39,195 bases of DNA from a virus. Taxonomy: Duplodnaviria; Caudoviricetes. Position 1 is the first letter of the stretch, and each line of letters starts with the position of its first letter. Positions 26,884 through 34,259 of this stretch are shown one piece after another. A model generated the notes under the pieces. The model was not told the origin of the DNA, did not search any database, and saw only the letters and a program-made list of their open reading frames with translations. The DNA lies in the IMG/VR virus record IMGVR_UViG_3300044820_000043, positions 1-39,195 of that record. One strand, given 5' to 3'. A program made the translations under genes and the position numbers.

Positions 26884-28932
26884 TCATGCTGCCTTCCGCA
26901 CTTTCTGGTCGCCCAAGGCTCGCCGGGCAGCCTTGCGCTTCCGCATTTCGGCGAGGTAGACGAGCTGGCCTTTCTTGTCGTACGGCACCAGCGCGCCCCA
27001 ATTGGAGCCCGTCTGGCCTTCGGATAGCATCGGCACGTCAAACTTGACTGACGACATCGCTTTGCCGAGGACTCGGTGAGCTTCGGCCATGTCCGCCTTG
27101 GGTACGGACAGCACGAATTCATCATGGACTGTCATCAAAAGGCGCCACGAGGGGTGCTTCCGCCGAATGGCCGCCCACAGGTTCAGAATCGTCCGCTTCG
27201 TGTTGTCGGCCGCGCTGCCTTGGATCAGCAGGTTGAGCATCTTGTATTCGAACGTGCGCATGGTGCGCTTGCCGTTCGAATCCACCACCATACGCGGCTC
27301 TTCGACGTAGTATTCGCGGCCGCCCCACGTGCGGATCGGCAGCTTCGCATCGCAGCGCTTGCGAAGCTTGCGGCTCAGTTCGATCAAGCCAGGAACGGCT
27401 TTCTTCACGGCCTCGGCAATCGCGACCAAATAGGGGCTTGGGATACCGTATTCGTCCGACAGTCGCGCGATACCAGGACGGCCCATGCCGTAGATGACGG
27501 CGAACACGATCCGCTTGACGACGTCACGGGAGACTTCGGCCCCCATCAGCTCGTTAACCCGTCGGTTCACGAGCGCGTGGACGTCGAGCCAGTTATCGTC
27601 GAGGTACTTCGCCAGCAGCAACCCGTCCGCGTAGTGCGCGAAAATGCGCAATTCTTGCTGGCTGTAGTCGCGGTCGATCAGAACATGACCGGGGAGCGCG
27701 ACGATGTACCCGCGCACGTTCGGCAGATCCGGCCAACCAAGCGCGATCCACCACTCGGGAGCGGCTTTGTTGGCGCCCTCGGCCGCCGTGCCGAACAGCA
27801 ACGGCGCTCGCTTCGGGAGGTTCTGGAAATTCGGCGTGCTCGATAAGCGGCCAGTACGCGCCCCATTGTCGTCGGTCCTGGTCGTGTTCCAGATGGTGTA
27901 AATGAAGCCATTCGACCGCGCGGCAACGGCAAGCCACGGCTCCATGAACGTACGCAACGACACGCTCAAGCGCGAGCGGTACTTCAAAACCGTAAGCGTT
28001 TGCGGGCACGTCACAGCCCCCGCGAGCGAGTCTTTGTTGCTGGCGTCCTTGCCCGTCTTGGTTTTCTTGAGCTTGGCCGCATCGACAAGCCCAGCTTTGC
28101 GCAGCCACTTAAGCAACGTGGCCGAACTACCCCATTTCGTTCCTACAGGGGCGCCGGTCTTCGCCTCTAGCCAAGCATCGGCTTTCGCGAAGGCAGCCTT
28201 GTACAAAGCGACGTCGGCACGCAAACGCTTGAGATCGACCGGCACGCCGCCCGACTCCATGGCGTGGATGGGGGAAAGCAGGAACCGCTCGACGTCGTAC
28301 GCGGCAAGCATCTTTCGCAAGGCTAGCTCGGACAAAAGCTTCCGTGCGAGCCCGCGCGCACGCAGGACGTCGCCGCAAGCGTAGCGCTTCACCAGTGGGA
28401 CCGGGGCGTAGGCGGTGTACGCACCAGCATAGGCCGTCGATGCGCCCACCTTGCGTTTGTTCTTGGGCTCCGTGGCAGTGAGCTTCACACCGGGAATCGG
28501 TTGATGCTTGACCAACCAAGCTATGACCGCGTCGCGCTCCGTCGGCGCCTCGCCTAAGAGTTCAGCCGCGCACGGCTTGAGCTTGAACGTCTTGCGCCTG
28601 GGGTCTTGCAGAAACAACATCAGGTTCGTGTCGTGGACACGTTCCGATGCAAGCTCGGGCAACTTCATGTGCTCGATGGCGACGTCATACGCATCGAACT
28701 TGGTGTTGTGGCAGCAGACGGGGCGCTTGGACTTCCACACCGCACGTAGCGCGTGGCGCGCTTCGGAAAAAGTATGCGTGTTGCCGCCGTTCGGATGGGC
28801 GAATGCGTAGTATTTCGGCTTCTGGCCTGGCCACAAGATCGAAACTCCTACGGGCTTCGGCGGACCTTCGGGCCTTGGCCGAATGGGCAACGTCTCGAAA
28901 TCGACGTACACCCAGCTACTACACGACACCAT
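26884..28932 (-). CDS. polA: DNA polymerase family A with 3'-5' exonuclease domain
   Basis: Exonuclease motifs VDFET, HNTKFD and YACGD; TGRLSS.PNFQNLP; motif A DYSQQELR; motif B R..VK..VFAVIYG; motif C VHDE. Start placed at ATG 28932 after an AGGGGG RBS. Confidence 0.95.
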   Translation of the reverse strand: MVSCSSWVYVDFETLPIRPRPEGPPKPVGVSILWPGQKPKYYAFAHPNGGNTHTFSEARHALRAVWKSKRPVCCHNTKFDAYDVAIEHMKLPELASERVHDTNLMLFLQDPRRKTFKLKPCAAELLGEAPTERDAVIAWLVKHQPIPGVKLTATEPKNKRKVGASTAYAGAYTAYAPVPLVKRYACGDVLRARGLARKLLSELALRKMLAAYDVERFLLSPIHAMESGGVPVDLKRLRADVALYKAAFAKADAWLEAKTGAPVGTKWGSSATLLKWLRKAGLVDAAKLKKTKTGKDASNKDSLAGAVTCPQTLTVLKYRSRLSVSLRTFMEPWLAVAARSNGFIYTIWNTTRTDDNGARTGRLSSTPNFQNLPKRAPLLFGTAAEGANKAAPEWWIALGWPDLPNVRGYIVALPGHVLIDRDYSQQELRIFAHYADGLLLAKYLDDNWLDVHALVNRRVNELMGAEVSRDVVKRIVFAVIYGMGRPGIARLSDEYGIPSPYLVAIAEAVKKAVPGLIELSRKLRKRCDAKLPIRTWGGREYYVEEPRMVVDSNGKRTMRTFEYKMLNLLIQGSAADNTKRTILNLWAAIRRKHPSWRLLMTVHDEFVLSVPKADMAEAHRVLGKAMSSVKFDVPMLSEGQTGSNWGALVPYDKKGQLVYLAEMRKRKAARRALGDQKVRKAA

Positions 28933-28942
28933 CGCATGCCCC

Positions 28943-29164
28943 CTATTTAGACGTGAGACCGCGCAGCCGCTTCTTTGGCACTCGAAGCTTCTGCGTGTAG
29001 TTCGCCACGATAACGCCCGCATCCGTCGTCAAGGGGTGTTCTCGCCGCTCTTTGAAGATCCTGCGCAAGAGGTGTTCGTACTCACTCTTCTGCGCCTGTA
29101 GCCGAGCCACAAGCGCCGTCCGCTGTTCGGCCTCGATCTTCTTTGACAGTGTCAGCGCTTCCAT
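28943..29164 (-). CDS. Hypothetical coiled-coil protein
   Basis: 73 aa, helical, tightly packed in the operon. Confidence 0.55.
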   Translation of the reverse strand: MEALTLSKKIEAEQRTALVARLQAQKSEYEHLLRRIFKERREHPLTTDAGVIVANYTQKLRVPKKRLRGLTSK

Positions 29165-29168
29165 GGGC

Positions 29169-29378
29169 CTACTTCGCCGCGCGGCCGACCTTGTCCAATT
29201 CCGTGCGCTCGCGATCCCCCCGCATGCGATTGTAGCGGGCGTGCGCGCGCATTAGGAACAGCTTGCGCGACTTGCCGGCCTTCTCCTCCTCAAGTGCTTT
29301 CTTGGCGGACTCCTCGGTTGCAGTCTTCAAGAACACGTTCAAGCTGTACCACGATACCAGGGCCTGTTTTACGGTCAT
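29169..29378 (-). CDS. Hypothetical protein
   Basis: AAGGAG RBS; 69 aa with 'SW..LN..L' and 'R....R.H.RYN..R...ER.EL' pattern, upstream of the polymerase. Confidence 0.7.
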   Translation of the reverse strand: MTVKQALVSWYSLNVFLKTATEESAKKALEEEKAGKSRKLFLMRAHARYNRMRGDRERTELDKVGRAAK

Positions 29379-29394
29379 TGCTACGATCTCCTTT

Positions 29395-29576
29395 TACGTG
29401 AGGGCGCTTCCAGGGCTTCCAACCCCCAACTACAAGACCAACACGAAGGATGGCGATAGTTGTCCGGCATGAAGAAGCGCTTGCACCGTTTCCCTCTCCG
29501 TCGGGTGCGATGGCGGTAGGATGGTGTGGAACGGGCGAGAGCGGCGCCCATCCACGGGCCGAGGAAGCCCCCGTGA
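29395..29576 (-). ncRNA. Candidate structured intergenic RNA
   Basis: Several stems plus interleaved pairings GGGCTTCC/GGAAGCCC and GCGCTTC/GAAGCGC in a ~200-nt gene-free gap. Confidence 0.4.
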
Positions 29577-30470
29577 CTAGAACTTGTCCTTACCTCGTTT
29601 CTTGCCGCCCGACGAGGCCTTGCCCGACGTCTCCTCTTCGCTCGTGTCGTCGCCCTTGTCTTTGCCGCCCTTCTCAGCCTTCGCTGACATCTTCGGGTAG
29701 GGGCGCACCAAGACGGGCATCGCCGCCATGCCGCGCCTACGCAGCACGGCGAGCTGCGCTTTCGTCACAAGCCCGAGGTTCTCGAACGTCACCATGGGGT
29801 AGTCGTCGTCATTCAGCGCGACTTTGATCAGCGTATGGACACCGTAGAGCGGCCGTTGCTCGGTGTCAGCGATGCAGCGAAGGTACTTCGCGAAATTGTT
29901 CAACGACGTAGGTGGTACGCTCAGAGTGACCACATCGTTCTTTTCCAGTCTCGCCAGATCTGCGGCGTTGTCCGTGTAGGGGATGAAAACGCCGTTGGGC
30001 TGTACAGCGCCGTCCTCGACGAACGCCACGCGGATCGAATCGCGGCAGGCCTTGCCGTTGCCTTGGCGAGCGGTGCCGAATTCGTTCCACTTGCACTTGT
30101 CGCACGCTTCAGCTTGGCGCTCACTGCACTCGGCATGGGGGAAGATCCCGCTAAGCTTCGGCCCGAAACCAAAACAGACGGGCGTGGCGCCTTCCTGCTT
30201 GGGATTGTAGGCCTCGGCGTAGTACGCCTTCGAGGCAGTGTGCGCGACGACCACGCACGCGAGCTGCCCCGACGCAATGACGGTGTCGCCGATGGTGAGC
30301 TTGCCGCCCTTGATGCTCGCGACCAGGTTCCCGCCGAGATCAGCGACAGTTTCCTTCGCCTTCTGCGCCTCTTCGGCCAACTCCAGTTCCCAAGCTTCCA
30401 GCGCTACGTTTGGATCGCGCGGGGCTAGGGCTCTTGTCGCTTCCGGTGCCAAATCCTTCTTCTTACTCAT
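29577..30470 (-). CDS. Putative single-stranded DNA-binding/recombination protein
   Basis: GAAAGGA RBS; 'YY...Y.P....P.CF', 'C..C.WNEFG.A..G.GKACR' and 'L.VPPTSL.NF..Y' motifs; charged tail; located in the replication module. Confidence 0.65.
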   Translation of the reverse strand: MSKKKDLAPEATRALAPRDPNVALEAWELELAEEAQKAKETVADLGGNLVASIKGGKLTIGDTVIASGQLACVVVAHTASKAYYAEAYNPKQEGATPVCFGFGPKLSGIFPHAECSERQAEACDKCKWNEFGTARQGNGKACRDSIRVAFVEDGAVQPNGVFIPYTDNAADLARLEKNDVVTLSVPPTSLNNFAKYLRCIADTEQRPLYGVHTLIKVALNDDDYPMVTFENLGLVTKAQLAVLRRRGMAAMPVLVRPYPKMSAKAEKGGKDKGDDTSEEETSGKASSGGKKRGKDKF

Positions 30471-30510
30471 GGGATCGTTCCTTTCAGTGGTCGTGGGGAT
30501 GCTATGCGAA

Positions 30511-30580
30511 CAAAAACGCTCGCGAGGCCCGTAACCGCACACGACGGAGGGAGGCTGTGCGTAGCCTCGCGAGCACAAAA
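30511..30580 (-). ncRNA. Candidate antisense sRNA / terminator-like hairpin with an anti-Shine-Dalgarno loop
   Basis: 11-bp stem GCTCGCGAGGC/GCCTCGCGAGC (30574-30564 with 30528-30518), inner stem CGCACA/TGTGCG, loop GCCTCCCTCCGTCG, followed by GTTTTTG. Confidence 0.5.
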
Positions 30581-30586
30581 TTTCAG

Positions 30587-30687
30587 TGGGGAGGGTTGGA
30601 TTCGAACCAACAATTCCGAGACTAGGTCTTAAGCCCTTACCTCTCGGACCCGCTTTCGCGGCGGCTTTCGCTTTCGCCTACCTCGCC
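30587..30687 (-). ncRNA. tRNA-like RNA (non-canonical, no standard anticodon arm)
   Basis: Acceptor GGCGAGG/CCTCCCC plus discriminator A (one C:C mismatch), T8-A9, D-like stem GGC/GCC, canonical T arm GTTGG-TTCGAAT-CCAAC, and two intervening hairpins. Confidence 0.72.
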
Positions 30688-30694
30688 GTAAATC

Positions 30695-31165
30695 TTAGCG
30701 CTTGGTGACGGACACGGTCTTCTTGTTGAAGCGCGCGATGCCGGGGATAGCTTCCTTGGCTTCCCACCTGTCGGAGATCGCGCGCGTGTTGAGCCTCTTT
30801 TGTAGCAGATCGAATGCTGCATGCTGGGCCAAATGCTTAGCCAGCGCACGCGCTGATAGACGCTTGTGCTTCGCTGTCTCGATGGCGCCTTCGAGAAGGT
30901 ACGTGTACACCTTCTCCCAACCAGCTTCGGCCTCGACCGTGGGGATCACCTTCGTGACGATGATCGCCTTGGCAATCTTGCCAACTACACCGTCTGCATC
31001 GTCGGCGGGGAGCTTCCGTATTAGCGCGTCTTCCAGCATCGTCAACTGGACTTCGAACACGTCAACCTCACGCTGCCGACGGGCTTTCTCTTCCCGCAAT
31101 GTCAGGATCATGTCGGTGCATGCGCCCAGCGACGCGGGGACTTTGAACGTCTTTTCTTTGCTCAT
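30695..31165 (-). CDS. Conserved phage protein (possibly Gp157/Gam-like)
   Basis: AAGGA RBS; N-terminal coiled coil, 'W..VY.Y', 'FDLLQKRL' and 'IPGI..F.K..VSVTK' motifs. Confidence 0.6.
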   Translation of the reverse strand: MSKEKTFKVPASLGACTDMILTLREEKARRQREVDVFEVQLTMLEDALIRKLPADDADGVVGKIAKAIIVTKVIPTVEAEAGWEKVYTYLLEGAIETAKHKRLSARALAKHLAQHAAFDLLQKRLNTRAISDRWEAKEAIPGIARFNKKTVSVTKR

Positions 31166-31770
31166 GGTGTGGTGTTCCTTAGTGCGAGGCATTGCGAAAC
31201 AATCGCCTCAACGTCTCGGTGGGTCTCATCCAAAGGTCCGATCCAAAGTGCTTCGGGGTTATAGCGATGCTGCGGGTCAGTCCAGATATCGCGGTAGGCA
31301 TTCTGGAGTCTCAGCAAGTAGGCACTGCCTTGCGTTTCGTAGAAGTCCTTACCGCCCTTCTCTTCGAGACGGGCGTCGATGACGTCGACGTCGCCGACGA
31401 GAAGGATCTCGACGTCCGCCGAAGGCGTGCCGCGTGTGATGGCTTCCCACCACCAATAGGGGATCCCGAAAGCACCGCCGTACACGTACCCGCTCATGTA
31501 AAAGCGGTCGCACACAATCGTTGTACTCGCATACCGCCCCTCGGCGAGTTTGAGCGACAGTGTACGCTCCAAACGGCAGGCGAGTTGTAGAGCCTGGAAG
31601 GCTTCGGGATACTTAGCGCAGGCCGGACCCTCAAGCATGCGCTCGATGGCTTGGCCTGCCTTCGTCGAGCGATCTGGGAAATGTAGGCAAGGAACGTCGA
31701 GCTTCGTAGCCAGGGCTTGCGCGAACGTTGACTTACCTACCCCGTCAATGCCTTCGACCGAAATAATCAT
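31162..31770 (-). CDS. tmk: Thymidylate (dTMP) kinase
   Basis: IISVEGIDGVGKST P-loop, FPDR and IVCDRF..SG.VY motifs. Confidence 0.92.
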   Translation of the reverse strand: MIISVEGIDGVGKSTFAQALATKLDVPCLHFPDRSTKAGQAIERMLEGPACAKYPEAFQALQLACRLERTLSLKLAEGRYASTTIVCDRFYMSGYVYGGAFGIPYWWWEAITRGTPSADVEILLVGDVDVIDARLEEKGGKDFYETQGSAYLLRLQNAYRDIWTDPQHRYNPEALWIGPLDETHRDVEAIVSQCLALRNTTP

Positions 31771-31779
31771 CCCGAAACC

Positions 31780-31820
31780 GTTCTAAACTAGTCTTGTATC
31801 ACTTGTCAAATATTATTTTA
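31780..31820 (-). promoter_or_regulatory. Putative sigma70-type promoter upstream of tmk
   Basis: AAAATAATAT-TTGACA (31809-31804)-N18-TAGAAC in an AT-rich island; the -10 is imperfect. Confidence 0.5.
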
Positions 31821-32176
31821 CCGTCGGGAAACTCCCAAAAACCAAGCTTGCCTTTGACGTCGATGGGCTTGCAAAGCCGCGCGTTTCGCAGCTCGAAATG
31901 GTGCGTTCCTGGTGAAGCCCATCGGCTTAGGCTCGTGCGGATGCAGTCGGTAAGATCGACCACGCCGATCAAAGCGCCACACTCTAGCGTAAGTGGGACG
32001 TCTGCGCCCGAGATGCGCGCGACCTTTTCCGCGTCGTCGTCTGCGCCTGCCAGCGATGCCGAAGCATGGATGCCTAGCGGACCTCGGTAGCTCGTGAACC
32101 ATGATCGATTCTCGACGTCTTTTTTCGCGTGTAAAACAGCCCAAGCCCACACAGGGCGCAACGTTAGGCACTTCAT
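31799..32176 (-). CDS. ASCH domain protein
   Basis: MKCLTLRPVWAWAV...KDVENRSW.T.YRG.L.IHAS, GALIGVVDL.DC and KGKLGFW motifs. Confidence 0.92.
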   Translation of the reverse strand: MKCLTLRPVWAWAVLHAKKDVENRSWFTSYRGPLGIHASASLAGADDDAEKVARISGADVPLTLECGALIGVVDLTDCIRTSLSRWASPGTHHFELRNARLCKPIDVKGKLGFWEFPDGKIIFDK

Positions 32177-32188
32177 TTCGGGTAGCTC

Positions 32189-32455
32189 CTAACCGTGGAC
32201 GTTGCCGAATCCCAACGCCAGATCCCGAACACTTCGTGCGCCGAGCTTCGCCGCTTCGTAGGACTTTCGTACATACATCATATGCCGCGCAATCTCGGCG
32301 CTGCGTTCGTGCTTCTCTGTGATCGTGCGAACTGCAAACGTCGTTGCATCGTACATCGTCAGGAAAGAAGACACCGACCACGAAGCCACACGACCCCCTC
32401 TGATGACAGTGTCGAACACTTTCACTTTGTACTTGATTTCTGGCTCTGCTTTCAT
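32189..32455 (-). CDS. Hypothetical protein
   Basis: AGGA RBS; overlaps the upstream lipoprotein stop. Confidence 0.5.
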   Translation of the reverse strand: MKAEPEIKYKVKVFDTVIRGGRVASWSVSSFLTMYDATTFAVRTITEKHERSAEIARHMMYVRKSYEAAKLGARSVRDLALGFGNVHG

Positions 32456-33012
32456 TTAGCACACATCCTTCCGGTATCTGGGTTGCTCGTCGTCGGGCAT
32501 TGCCGACACAAAGAAAACTGGTCCCACGAAGTGCAAGGCGGACTAAGGCGCCATGCTTGCGCGGACGTCGTCGCGTGCGAGGCGCACAACGTAGGTTGCG
32601 GCGTGAGACGTCCATAAACGCACATGCAGCAAGGCGCCGTAGGAACGCCGAGATCATTACACGGCTGGTATCCTGCCTCGTTCGCGGCACACTCACTAGG
32701 CCGCGCATCGGCCGAAGGTTCCACAGTCGGCGGACTGGGTAGCGTGTCCGCCGTCGGTTCTGGAGTCGGTGTAGGATCTGGAGTCGGCGGACTGAGTAGC
32801 GTGTCCGCCGTCGGTTCTGGAGTCGGCGGACTGAGTAGCGTGTCCGCCGTCGGTTCTGGCGGTACTACGTACGGCAAGGAAGGCGCTTCGATTGAAGCGC
32901 CCGATCCACGCATGGGCGAAGTGCTCGCGTCTTGTCGTGGCGCTTGACTGCCAGCCTCCTCCGCGCAAGACGCGAGCAAACCCAGGGTTAACACGAGCGT
33001 TGTCTTTTTCAT
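32452..33012 (-). CDS. Lipoprotein with Pro/Thr repeat stalk and Cys-rich tip
   Basis: MKK-hydrophobic-LLAS|C lipobox, PEPTADTLLSPPT repeats, ten Cys in the C-terminal domain; GGGAG RBS. Confidence 0.78.
   Translation of the reverse strand: MKKTTLVLTLGLLASCAEEAGSQAPRQDASTSPMRGSGASIEAPSLPYVVPPEPTADTLLSPPTPEPTADTLLSPPTPDPTPTPEPTADTLPSPPTVEPSADARPSECAANEAGYQPCNDLGVPTAPCCMCVYGRLTPQPTLCASHATTSAQAWRLSPPCTSWDQFSLCRQCPTTSNPDTGRMCAK
32725..32859. repeat. 39-bp coding tandem repeat (3 copies)
   Basis: Copies at 32782-32820 and 32821-32859 are identical; the copy at 32725-32763 differs at one base and is separated by an 18-bp related insert. Confidence 0.9.
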
Positions 33013-33042
33013 GTCTCCCAGTCTAGCGTACTTTGTGAACGC

Positions 33043-33474
33043 TCAAGACATACGCCGAAGGACTTCGCCCACGTTCTTTGAATGCAGTAAGCGCGATCTC
33101 GGCCGCTTGCACCCATCGACGGCGGACGTATAGCGGCGTGATACCAAGACGTATCCCGCATCTGCAACGAGGTAGTCACCAAGGCCAAGAAAAGGGAAGC
33201 GACCTTCCCAGCTTCCCGCAGTGTCGCCACAGAAATCAAGATCGGGTAGCGCATCGCCTGTGATGGGCGGATGTAGTGCGTAACATTGGGAAGCCTTTTC
33301 CTCTAGCAAGGCTAGAAAAGTCGCATGTTCGCGCGGGTAGCGTTCGATTAGAAGGCCTGCGGCCACTACCGCAAGGCGCATACCCTCGGCCTTCGGTGCC
33401 GGCCATAGCAGGCGGTATGCCGTCGACAGATTGCCGTCAATGATCTGCTTCTTAATTTCACCGACCTTGTGCAT
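33043..33474 (-). CDS. Hypothetical protein
   Basis: GGAAGGG RBS before MHKVGEIKKQ; the 3' half overlaps a competing ORF (33009-33254). Confidence 0.45.
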   Translation of the reverse strand: MHKVGEIKKQIIDGNLSTAYRLLWPAPKAEGMRLAVVAAGLLIERYPREHATFLALLEEKASQCYALHPPITGDALPDLDFCGDTAGSWEGRFPFLGLGDYLVADAGYVLVSRRYTSAVDGCKRPRSRLLHSKNVGEVLRRMS

Positions 33475-33734
33475 GTTCAACCCTTCCAATCGTTTTCGGG
33501 CGCGTTACGTAGGATCCTCTGTAATCTTGCGCGGGCCTCGGTACATTGGCACAGTACCCGAGATGTCACGCAAGGCGAACGGAATGCTTCTGTGGTGGGT
33601 TTCGCCTTTGCACGTGCGACACTGCGCGGTTATGCCGTGCGGTTCTACATAGTGAAGGTTCCCACAATGGACGCATACACACAAAACCCATTGATCTTTG
33701 TGGCGCTAGATTGGGCGGACTATGCCGGACGTCC

Positions 33735-34169
33735 TCATGACGGCACCAATCCAAACGCCTTGAGACTTTGCCGAACGTCAACGGATCTGCACGCGTGAAG
33801 ACGTGCAAGCCTGGACACTCCCAATTCTTCTAGCACTTCTACCATGCGCGGAACGTCCTCGGGATCAAGCTCGCCCTCTTGGATGATCGCAAACCATCGC
33901 TTGCGCGAATCTTCCGGGATAGCGCGAACGTCCTCTTGCGTGCTTTTCCAGTCCTCTACCACGTACAAGATCGCGCGCAAAAGATCTTTCGTGGTACCGT
34001 ACTCTAGCTTATGGCGTGGTACTGCATCGCCTATCGTTTCGGCCATTTCGCGCACGAGCGTGCGGATAGATGCCTCCGAGTCCATGCAATCCGCTACCTC
34101 TTGTTTCGCGCACTCAAGCTCAATTCGCAATTGCGCGATCTCTTCTGCTTTCGTCGGTTTCCGTGCCAT
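33735..34169 (-). CDS. Hypothetical helical/coiled-coil protein
   Basis: Strong GGAGG RBS; 144 aa, charged and helical. Confidence 0.7.
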   Translation of the reverse strand: MARKPTKAEEIAQLRIELECAKQEVADCMDSEASIRTLVREMAETIGDAVPRHKLEYGTTKDLLRAILYVVEDWKSTQEDVRAIPEDSRKRWFAIIQEGELDPEDVPRMVEVLEELGVSRLARLHACRSVDVRQSLKAFGLVPS

Positions 34170-34197
34170 GTTGCCTCCGTCGTTTCAGGTGGGAAAA

Positions 34198-34259
34198 TCC
34201 GTCGCTCTAGACTGCCTGCTAGCCTCCTTTGACCTAGCAGGCAGGGTTACAACGACGGA
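34198..34259 (-). promoter_or_regulatory. Long intergenic hairpin (terminator, processing site or riboregulator)
   Basis: 11-bp inner stem CTGCCTGCTAG/CTAGCAGGCAG (34212-34222 / 34234-34244), outer stem TCCGTCG/CGACGGA, followed by TTTT on the - strand. Confidence 0.6.

Noticed and set aside
26884-28932. Polymerase specialised for modified bases (DpoZ-type)
   Set aside because: Motifs look like ordinary family A, and no purZ or other base-synthesis gene is present in this window; cannot be excluded for the rest of the genome.
29395-29576. Hammerhead or HDV ribozyme
   Set aside because: No CUGANGA/GAAA core, and only 2 nt separate the two 3' helix strands, leaving no room for the HDV P4/J4-2 elements.
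30511-30586. Theta/HDV-like ribozyme at the 3' end of the tRNA-like element
   Set aside because: The trailer starts CUGAAAUUUU and folds as a simple long hairpin; I could not build the nested double pseudoknot.
30482-30589. 9-bp direct repeat TTTCAGTGG flanking the hairpin as a target-site duplication of a MITE
   Set aside because: The repeats do not abut the inverted repeat symmetrically, one copy is part of an RBS leader, and no transposase or second copy of the element is seen.
30587-30687. Canonical decoding tRNA or attP-associated tRNA fragment
   Set aside because: No 7-nt anticodon loop with U33, and no integrase nearby in this window.
32725-32859. Possible CRISPR array
   Set aside because: The repeats abut without unique spacers, are a multiple of 3 in length and encode a lipoprotein stalk.
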